From Proteromonas lacertae (Eukaryota): a DNA stretch of 64,000 bases. Positions 53,076 to 64,000 of this stretch are shown one piece after another. The position numbers and the translations under genes were made by a program. The notes under the pieces were generated by a model. The model made no database searches. It was not told the DNA's origin and saw nothing but the letters and a program-made list of their open reading frames with translations. Location: NCBI GenBank assembly GCA_002245135.1, contig NGBS01000295.1:62001-126000 (forward strand). Direction: 5' to 3'. The number at the start of each line of letters is the position of its first letter. Positions within the stretch are counted from its first letter, which is position 1.

Positions 53076-56000
53076 TTAATATTTTGGTCTTCTAGGAATT
53101 AATATTCTTGGATCATTAAATTGTTGCATATTAATGCCATTCATATATTGACCAAGTTGTTGCTGTGTTGAAGAAGAGGATTGACCTTGTCTAGAACCAA
53201 CCCTATTTCGAAGTATCATATTAGAACTACCATATATAGCAGGAGGATTTGGAGAATAATTTCTATATCTAGAACCAGATGATATTCTTATATCATTATA
53301 ATTACTACGATTTCCTACCATTCCTTCACTAGGCTGAGGTCTAGGTATAGCAGTACGTACAACAGGATCAACATATTGATTCAACAACAATGGTCTATTG
53401 GTAATTAGTCTTGGATCATTCATTCTATTCATCATTTGACCTCCTCTTGATAATTGTATTGCTTCTTGTATTATTACTGTAGGTGGTTGTCTTGGTGCAC
53501 ATTGTGCTTCAACTCGGATCTCTTTCTTCTTGACTTACTTCTTTACCATCAATTTCACTCAAATTCGCCAATTTTCGAATTAATGGTGGACGATAACTAT
53601 GTTTCTTAGTTACTGGATTACCTAATAGATTAATAGTCTGTAGATTCTCTAAAGATGATAAATTATCAAATTCTGATAAATCTCTGAGAGTATTATGTGC
53701 TAATGATAAATATACTAATGAATAGAGTGGCGGAAATGGTGTTAATGTTCTTAAACAATTCTCCTCTAAGTTCAAATACTTCAATGATCTTAAATATCTT
53801 AATGGTTCAGCATCAAATGTTTTTAGTTTATTTCCTTGAAGATTCAATACTTGTAATTGTGTTAGCTGATCTAATCCATCTATTCTCATTATATCATTTC
53901 TGGATAAGTCTAAATATATTAACTTTGGAACATATTGCAGATGTAAATATGATAAAACACTGATCAAATTGTGACTTAATTCTAATCTTTCTAAGTTTTT
54001 ACAAGCACAAATTCCACTTTTACCTATCGTCTATTTAAATATTATATAAAATATAAAATATAAAATATAAAATATATATTACATACATCTGGAATAAATT
54101 CTTCAATTCTGTTGTTATTCAATTTCAACTGTATTAATGAAGGAATTAATTTTAATCCATTTATATTTGTCAAATAATTATTGTCTAAAATCAAACTTTG
54201 AATTGATGGAAAATCTGTTCCACTTAGACATTCAATATCTTTGATTCTACAACCAGATATATCCAATTCAGTAATCTTATCAAACGAATGATTTCCTAAT
54301 CTTTCCATTAAGAAATCCTTTGTCAATTTTCCACTATACTGTTCTTTGGCACTATTACTTTCCATTGAATCTATTGATACACCATCTAATACCTTCAACT
54401 TTCGTAATTGGTATATTGTAAATAATCGATAATTTTGTGTAGTGTTTGTTAATGGATTTCCTGATAAATCTAAGATCAATAATCGTGGTAATGGTTTCAA
54501 ATACATCTGAACATCTTTTATATTTGCTAGTTTATTATTAGCAATATATAATTCCAATAATGATGTAAGATTATTCAATCCTTTTAGACTGTTTATATCA
54601 TTACTTTCCAATGATAATTGTGTTAATTTCTTTAAGTGTTCTAATCCACTTATATTGTTAATCTTATTTCCACTTAAATCTAACGTTTCTAAGTTTGTCA
54701 AGTAATTAATATAGTTCATGTTAGTCAAAGCATTTTCAAACATTATTAATTCAGTTAGTTTCGTATTACATATCAATCCATCTAAACTATTAATCACATT
54801 ATTAGATAATATCAATTGTTTAAGATTATCTAAATGTGTTAGATTACTTAAAGTGTGTAGATGTTTATCATTCAAATCTAATGAAACTGTTTTACTGAAT
54901 AATTCACTTATTTCAAATGTTAAATCATTATTATTATTATCACAATAATTATCATCATCATCATTATCGCTTTCTTCGCTAATATTATTCGTATGATTAT
55001 CATTAGAAGTTTTAGACTTTTTACGTTTAATGTTATTATTCTTTTTCATCATCATCATTTTCATTCTTTCTATCTTATTATCATATAATAAATTCACAGA
55101 GTTTAAAGGTGGTACTTGTTGAATACTTAAATAAGAAGATTCTTTTTGGATATATGATAAATGCGATCCTTGTTGTATTATACTAACAGTCGGATAAAGT
55201 GGATATAATGAAGCTGTTTGCTTTTCTTCATCACTTATTTCTACTGAATCTAGTATCTTTAGATTCTTCAGATTATTTAAACATAAATAACGATAGTCTT
55301 TTACTTCTGTAATTGGATTGAAATTGAAGTTTAATTCTTCTAATTCAGGACAACAGTGACTTAATGTTTTTAAATCACTTTCTCTGTAGATTAAATTATT
55401 GGATAATTCTAATTTCTTTAATTTTGAGTTATTCTCTAATCCTTCTACTCTTTTTATCATATTAAATGACAATATTAATGTCTCTAACTTCCTTAAGTTA
55501 TATAAACCATCAATCTCAGATAATTGATTAAACGATAAAATCAATGTCTTTAAATTGCTACAACTTTCTAAACATTCAATAGCTTTAATACAATTACCAT
55601 GAAGATTTAAATATGTAATATCACTCAAGTTTTGATTGGTTAATTCTGTGATGAGATCAATAGTTAATCTATGGATAGGATTAGTGGTTGAGAGTGTAGG
55701 AATCATATGCAAACTCTCATTACAGAGTGTATCTGTTGATATATTGGAGATATTGTTGAGACTACTTGAATATTGAGTCAATACTGAAAGAAATGGTGAT
55801 AATTCTGGAGTGTTGGGAATCTAATAATAATAATAATAATATATACATCTTCAAAATCTTGTTGATGTATTTGCTGTATTTGTTCATTACTTGAATTCTC
55901 ATTCAAATATTGAAGTTCTACCAAATATTCTGGACATACTAATTCATTCTCAAATGATATATAAAATTCATTTTTACTTTCGCTATTCTCATATCTTAAT

Positions 56001-58038
56001 GAATGACATGTGTACGACTAAATAATTATAAAGTATATATATACAGTTTGTTTTAAAGGTAAATTTATTGAAGAAACATCATTAGTTTTTCCTAACACCA
56101 CTTTACATATTAATAAATAACTTGATGGTAATTCATATTTGCCTTTCTTATAATTCAATATTGCCAATTGCCTTGCTGGAGCTAATACTAGATTATCATT
56201 CCATGGCTTATAGTTAGAATCGACTGGTTTTGCTTTAACATTTCCATTGATATTAGCGAATTTATCCATATAAGAGGCTATTCGTGGTAAATCAATAGTT
56301 GCTAAAGTTGGAGATAATACTATTCCTTCACTATATATATATATATATATATATATAATAATAAATAATAAATACACTTCAGTTGTATTAAGGTATTCTT
56401 TTGTATTTGGGAATCCATTCTGTATAATATCACATATTTGATGATTCTCACCTTCATTCATATAGATTACTGGTAATTCACCATAGAAGAAGTAATCTGG
56501 GTTAGTGTTTAGCTTCTCATTAGGATTCTAAATATAATATAATAAATAATATATAATAATATATATACAACTTCAATAATTTCACTAATTTTATCTTCAA
56601 AGGCATTCTTCACACATTTATTCTCAATCTTCCATATTCTCTTAATATTCACATCACTTATACCATAATTCTTAAATATCTCAGAATCAAATTTATCTTT
56701 AATTATCTCACACATATTGCTATACCATTGATCATGTACTGTCCCTTCTTCAACTCGTATGTTTCCACCATTATTTAACTCAGTATGTACAAGAGAAATC
56801 ATATCTTTAGATATATCATTAATTATAGTTACTGCGTTGCTTGATATTGTGTTGATCGTAGAAATCTCTTCTGTTTTTAAGGATATTGCTTGTTCAAGTT
56901 GATCATATTTAGCATTATAAGATTGTTGTGTTTCTTCAGTTATTTCTATACCACTACTACCATGAGAAGATACTCTTAAAATTTTATCAATATCAAGCTT
57001 TTGCTTGATTAATAGATTTAATACCATCGAGATTTGATGTAGTTTGTTCTGTTTCAATGTTGATAGTTTTTGTAAGACTAAATCTCTATTTCTTTTGATT
57101 GTTTTTATTCTCATGTTGTAAAACATTGCTTTCTTTCTATAAGTAGTCGCTGCTATTTGTACATATTCTTCTGATATTATTGTGGAATCCAATTGTTGGA
57201 TAAATGGTAAATGATAAAGACAGTAGGTTTGATAATTACTTAATGCTGATAATGGACAATAACCATATACTGGATCATTGAAATATAAACTATACAGTAT
57301 AAATATAAATATATCAAATATACGTTTTTAGTGTCTTATATTGATTGAGGTACAATATCTCATGAAATGATTTCAATGGATTTCCAGCTATATTTAATAC
57401 TTCCAAACATGTTTGATTTAGAAATGCATTTTCTACTGTCTGTATTCTATTGGCTGCAAGATTCAATGTCTTGATTTTGGTTAAATTACTGATTCCTTCA
57501 ACCTATTCGTTTTATATATGTTTGTATTTATACTTTTGAAATTTTATTACCATTTAACCATAATACTTCCAGTTTATGTAGATGATTTATATTTTCTATT
57601 TTCTTAATCTCATTTTCGTAAAGATATAATTCTTTTATATGATTACAATTATCAAGGCCACTTATTGCTTTTAGGGGACATTCTAATATGTATAATCTTT
57701 CCAAGTTATAACCTATGAGAGTATTAGAAATTTAGTATACAAGCTTCAAGTCCTTGGATTGAAGTAACTTTCGGGTTGTCTAATGATTGTAACAATTTTT
57801 AAATTGCAGAAAAATTGAAGAGAAGACATATGAACACCATGTTGCATAAAACACTCAATCTCAACTATAGATACATTATCTTTGGCGAATTGTTCTTTTG
57901 TAATAGCATTGAATTTTAATAATCCCTATTGAAAATTAAAACAAGTTGATGCAGTACTTGTAGTGATTCATCAGCGGCATAGGCTTCATAAAGTTTATCT
58001 TCTCCTAATGAGGTAGGTACTGTGTGTATTCCATTCAT
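53076..58038 (-). CDS. LRRC9: LRRC9-like protein (SDS22-type LRR blocks around a PARP-like fold); +1 frameshifts near 57772 and 53516
   Basis: FNDPVYGYCPL..LSNYQTY, ELNNGGNIRVEEG, NYRLFTIYQLRKLKVLDG..AKEQYSGKLT, many LRRs. Confidence 0.85.
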
Positions 58039-58128
58039 TTCTTTTAATTTAACACAACATAAATTGAAAATTTAAAAAAACTGATTTTTCAAAATAAATT
58101 TAAAATATAGTCGTTTCAAAAATATAAA

Positions 58129-60155
58129 ATGCCTTTCATTCTCTCTTCACAGAAGAGTGTTGGAGATGTACCACAGTGCGGATGCATATTTAAAGATTTT
58201 ATAATCCTGGGATATGATAATGGAATTATGAAAATTGTTACTTACTCATATTTCGAAACAGGTAATAATGAATTTATGAAAGTTATTGAAGGTCACAAAG
58301 ATGCAATTAATGGTTTTACAATTGTGAATGACCAAGAAATAATATCATATTCAGCAGATACTCTAGCTAACGTATTTATACAATGAAGGATATTATTTTA
58401 GGTTTGGGAATTTGCTAATGATAATACGGTGAAATGTATAAAATGCTTAGAGGGTCATACAGATTCAATAACAGATTGTGTTGTTGCATCTTTCGGAATA
58501 CTAACAAGTAGTGAAGATTCAACAATCATAGTATGGGATACAAACTATACTCAAACATCAGTATATGACTGTCACAAAGAAATCAATTCAATCAATATCT
58601 TATACAATACCTATTTAATAATCTCCTCTCCAGATAGTACAATACAAATATGGAATATTCCTAATGATATGAGCGAAGAAAAATCATTATTAAAAGAAAC
58701 ACCAAAGTATATTGTTTGTCAAAGTACAATTCAAGATACTTATTCTATAATGGGTGATAAAAATGGATATTTACATATATATGATGTAGGAAATGATTGG
58801 AAATTGGTTTATAATGATAAAATACATAATGATACCGTTACTAATATTATTGTATTAGGTGAAACTACAATTATTACCTCTGGACTTGATGATTTAATAA
58901 ATGTATATAATAATATACATAACATATATTTCTAATTTAAATAGATATTAAGCTTTACTTCTGAAAATGTGATTTTGATTGAAAAAATAGAAGGCCATTG
59001 TGGAGGTATAACAACACTATTATCCAATTCATCAAGACAAATAATAAGCTATCATACTAATGGTGAGTTGAGAATATATAATTACACTGAATCTATTGAT
59101 AATGATGATGAAATTGAACTACCATCTAATAAAAAGAGGAAAATTGTATTTATTTATTTATTATTATTATTATTATATATAATGTAGGAAACTTGGCAAA
59201 ATGAAGAAACATCTGATTGTGATGTTCCTGTGTTCAATATTGTGTGTCAATACAATTATATTATTACTACTCATAAAGACAAAGTGATAAAGTTATGGGA
59301 TAAGAATATGATCTGTAAGTTGTTAAAAACAATTGAATGTGAATGTAATGTGTCAAAAATATATCCGTTTTTGAATAATTATTTGCTTTGCGGTGATGAT
59401 AATGGAACTATTATTGTATAACTTCCCATTAATCTAATAATATTATATAGATAAGGGATTTATCACAAGAAAATGTACCAATTGTGAGATTATGTGTTAA
59501 TACAAAAAGAATAAGTGAGATAAAATGTGATGAAAGATACATATATTCAGGTGCAGATGATGGAACATTTTCAATATTTGATAGTCAAGATAATTACAAA
59601 AATATAGTAATTAGCAAAGATTATCACACTCAGCCTATTGTTGGTATAGTAAACTATGATGATAAACTATTAACAATTAGTAATGATGGAGTAATAACTG
59701 TATATTATATATATATTGGAATAGTGTTATAATAAATCATTTAAATGTAATTATACAGCAAATACAACAATTAATTTCACTTGTAGTGAGGTAGTAAATG
59801 GTTTATTAGTTGTAGGTACAAAAGATGGATTTATTATTGTTTATCAGCCATCTACAATTAGTATAGATTTAGTTCAAAAATTACATATTTTTGATTCATA
59901 TATTTTTTCAATGTGTTTTAATGAACAGATGTTATTTGTATGTGGATATTCTTGTTCTATTAGTGTATTATTTTTATGATATATTATATTATATTATATG
60001 AATAGATAGTTGATCCTTCTCACGATTTTAATTTGATTATGAACTTGGGAGGTCATTTTGGTCCAATATTATCTTTATGTTGTTATAATAATCAAATAAT
60101 ATCTGGATCATATGATAGAACAATGAAAGTGTGGAAGAAGTTAATATCAACATAA
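58129..60155 (+). CDS. WD40-repeat protein (probably double propeller)
   Basis: GH..WD-type repeats (EGHTDSI..VWD, GGHFGPI..SGSYDRTMKVWK); 6 introns traced in frame. Confidence 0.8.
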
Positions 60156-60202
60156 TTACTATAATTTTTATTTAATTACTTGTTTGTATCTTGTGTATTT
60201 GA

Positions 60203-63200
60203 TTAATTATTTTGATTATTAACTGTATCGACATTTTTTTCTGTTTTTTCATCTGTTGGTTTATTATTAGGAGTTGAATCTGTTGATGGGGTAGTATTAC
60301 TTGTGTTTCCTTCTGTTTGTTCTGGTGATGTTGGTTTTGTTGTATCATTCACATCAACAAGAAGATTAGCATTATTAGGAGATTGTTGTGCAGAAGGAAG
60401 TTTCTTTGTATCTTTATCATCTAGCTGTGTAGAAGGAGGAGGTGGTTGTTCTGTATTAACACTTGTTGAATCATTAGTTGGTGCTTTATTCTGTTCTGGT
60501 TGAGATGGTGGATGAGGTGGATTTAAGTAAAGAGTTACTATTTCTTCATCTTTCTTATTTGATAAATCAAAATTTGAACTATTATTTATAAATGTAATTC
60601 ATTATACTTCTTTTCTTTTATCTTCTTTTTCATATTTTCAATTACTTTTATGTATTCTGGTTCAACTATATTACAATAAACATCAACTCTTAGGTTAGAC
60701 AAATTACTATTTAATACTTCAAACATCATAATAAATTGACTTATAGGTATTTTAAAAGATTTTTTATTATCTTTAATTCTGTCATACAATACTTGATATT
60801 TAACTCTATTTAATAAACTTAAAAGTAATAATAAATACAAATAGCTTTTAATAATTGAATCATTCATTTTCTTTACTCTTTCTATTTCATCATTCAATTT
60901 CTATCATCACTATATAATAAATACAAAATACATTACATTCAATTACTACACCATATAGATTAGTCTTATTGATTTTTTCAAGATTCTCTTTTGATTTATT
61001 CAATAATTCTGTCAGTTGTTGATCTTTATTATCAACTTCATTTAATTTCTTATTCAGTTCTTTTATTCTTTCTATATATTTATTCTTATATTTATTTGTC
61101 ACTTCAAATAAAACCTAGTATATGTATTACATAATTCTTCAGATACTATTATTCTATTGTTAATATCTTTATCTTCTATATCTCCTTCATCTAAAACTTG
61201 TTTATCTGATTCTTCTATTTCTTTAACATTTTCTTTAATATCTTTTCTATTCAAATAATAAAACATTAAAAATACATCAATTCATTCATCTTACTTTTCA
61301 TTTCATTTAAATAATTACATTTAGTTTCGTTTAGTATCTATTTGTTTAATACAGCAATTTATTATACTTTAATACCATTACATATTGGTAGTAAACTTGA
61401 TTCACATGTTAAAGTAGTAAGAATACCTAAATATGAATCTTTAATATCTTTAATAACACAAACATCCAATTCATTTTTTAACATATTTTTCTTTTCCTAT
61501 TTCAATGATATTTATGAATTATATACATTCAATTCACTTTCATATTTTTTAACAACTATTGCATAAGGATTATTCAACTGAGTAATTCTATTCTTACATT
61601 CTGGAAGATCAATATTCTCATCTATTTCTACTTTCTCTATTGTTGTTTTCAATTCCTCTATTTCTTTTGGAATTGGTTGATCAATATGTTTTATCTCATC
61701 TAATATTGATTGTCTATATGTTATAAAATAACAAATATACTTAAATTCTCTTAATTATTTAATATATCTTCTCTTCATTTTAATATAATCACTATTTATT
61801 TTCTATACATTAATATTTTTAAAGATACTATCATACTTTATATTCATCAAAAACATACTTCAGTCCATTTGGAGATTTTTCAAGTTTTTCTCCATTTATG
61901 TATGATTTTAATGTTTCAATATCTTTAACTAAAGCAGATATATCAACTACATCATTCCCCAAAGAACTACATTTGTTTAATCTGATATTTCTATTACATA
62001 TACTAATTATCAACAATATACAAATCTTTTATAATTGAAGTATTATATTTTGTGAATATTCCTTCTATAACATTACGCTTTGTATAAATAGTATTTTAAA
62101 TTCTCTGTTGATATTATTTTCACTAATTCTGTGAGTTTAGGATTCAAAGTATCAAACACATCTTTTAATACATTTGATGAGGAAATTACTTTAATGTATT
62201 CAGTACTAATGAGTTATATATTCATTATATACGCTAAAGTCTTCAAATCTTCTAATATCTTTTTCTTCTTACTAATCATATTCTATAAGGCTATTATATA
62301 ATCTATAATACATTGCATGTATTGATATATTTAGACATTGGATCTTTCTTTATATCTAGACTTTTCAATTCATTCAATTTACTTTCATATTCTGATCTTT
62401 CTTTAGGATATACAGTAATAGATAATTCACTATTACAAATAAAAAATATATATATAATTGACTATACCATAATTGCATTGCTAAATGTAATCTTGATTCT
62501 TTCTTTTCTTCCCATTTCTTATAGAAATCATTCTGAAATTCTTTTACTGCATGTAATATTCTTAAACCTTTATCATTGTGCAATTGTTCAATCACTTTGT
62601 TTAACTCTTCATTCTCTTTTTCTACGAATTTTTTATCTTGTATTAATTCTAAATCGTGTTGAAGATTATATATTGCACTTTCCATATCATTCCTTGCTTT
62701 ATCTGCTTCTTGAAGATGAGTATCATAATCAATTCCATCAATTGATTGTTCTATTGAATCAATGCAGATAGTTGATGTTATTAATTCCATTTCACCTTTA
62801 AAATATTCATATCAATAACTTTCTTTCTTTATTGTCAATTGTTAAATCACTATATCCACATAAAAATTGAGATAAGTGATTATTCATTTCAATAATTGTC
62901 TTCTTGGTATTTTCACTGTAATTTGACAGTAATAATTCATTTTCATCTTCGTCTATTACTTCATAATTCCATAAACCATTTAATATCAAACCATAATAAC
63001 TACAACCGATATGATATATGTTCATCCATATTTATTGACTTATTCAATCCACAATTCTTTTTCATTTTATCATTCAAATATGTTTGAAGTATATTCTGAA
63101 TAAATGGAATTCTACATGTTCCTCCTGCTATCACTATTCCAGAAACTTCATCCACTTTTATTTTACACTTTTTTACACATTCATCTAGCAATGATTCAAT

Positions 63201-64000
63201 CTTTTTACCATATTCACCCTTTTTTAATATAGATTCAAATATTTCTTTACTAAATGTAGATTCAAAGTCTTCAGCATCATACAAATCAGAAACGGTTAAA
63301 TTTATCTATTTTTATATAACACACAACAGAAATATACAGTACTAGCACCTTCAGCTGATAATTTTTCTTTCACAGAAATCATTGATTGTAATATTTTCAT
63401 TCCACATCTATTATCATTCTTAATCTTTTCAAAATCCTTTTTAAATTCTTTACTCTTTTGTATTTCTAATTTTGCATACTTCACTAACAATTTGTCAGTA
63501 TTTCTTCCACAAATATCTAAACTATATACATTTCCTAATATTGTACATTTGTTCTAAAAATACAATAAATAGTAAAAAAACAATACATTCTCATATTTTA
63601 CACCTGTTATACTAGCACATGTATAACCAATATCAACTAAAAACAATATTTCTGATTTATCTGAATATCTACTATCGTTTTCATATCCATAACACAAAGC
63701 ATAAGCTATTTTTTCATTCAGAATATCTTTGCATGTTATTGTGTTATTTTCATACTTAAAATTACACAGCATTTTTAATTCTTGCTTTTGTTCTTTAGTA
63801 TAATATGGAGGATAACTAACAATCCAACTTTGATCTGATATATTTTCATCTTCAGATTTTTTATATATAACAATATCTTCAATCGAATTGAAATATGTGT
63901 AATATATATCTCTATATCCAAATTTCATTTTATCTTTTATATAATCTGCCTGTAATATATATATTATTCAATATATACTTCAAAATAAGGTTGGTTATTC
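60203..64000 (-). CDS. Divergent Hsp70/Hsp110-like ATPase domain with long coiled-coil and Pro/Thr tail (5' end outside window; several frame disruptions)
   Basis: LNEKIAYALCYG, LVDIGYT, GRNTD, KEKLSAEG, IAGGTCRIPFIQ, SINMDEHIS, ARNDMESAIY. Confidence 0.7.

Noticed and set aside
61755..61757. Stop-codon reassignment suggested by an in-frame TAA
   Set aside because: Single case in an error-rich stretch; TAA terminates many genes and long exons have no internal stops.
19064..63010. Euplotes-type stop-directed +1 frameshifting
   Set aside because: In DRG2, MOB and LRRC9 the conserved residues require the shift well before the first stop, and there is no shared AAA-TAR motif.

Overview
Very AT-rich, extremely gene-dense eukaryotic nuclear DNA carrying about 33 protein-coding loci. 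Genes are split by many tiny GT-AG introns (25-54 nt, mostly about 30, donors GTAT, acceptors mostly TAG). The genetic code is standard, stop codons are genomic, and divergent intergenic gaps are only about 55-125 nt. A SIG1/Ocm-type tubular mastigoneme protein indicates a stramenopile. Tiny introns and BTB-putative-Ig genes suggest Opalinata (Blastocystis/Proteromonas-like), which is my inference. Ciliary genes are present (CEP164, LRRC9, CFAP418, a D/D-domain protein). Housekeeping genes include VPS13 (3' part), AAGAB, DRG2, SMYD, TTC5, DDX55, GH47 mannosidase, MOB, WD40, an Hsp110-like gene and several kinases. Most notable: (1) a lineage-specific block at about 43-53 kb with a four-repeat Cys/beta-sandwich surface protein plus a truncated paralogue, three small membrane-anchored polybasic-tail proteins, and a pseudokinase-LRR gene built from symmetric phase-1 exons of roughly n x 84 nt, with a decayed relic elsewhere; (2) unusual fusions (AAGAB with an inserted MYND finger, MYND-PDK1-pseudophosphatase, MOB with a CaaX box, MBL-cNMP); (3) a bacterial-type MetY with a mitochondrial-like presequence; (4) a junction truncating both CEP164 and DRG2; (5) about 12 single-base +1 frameshifts, most likely consensus errors. 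All gene models and family calls were made by eye; no searches were run.
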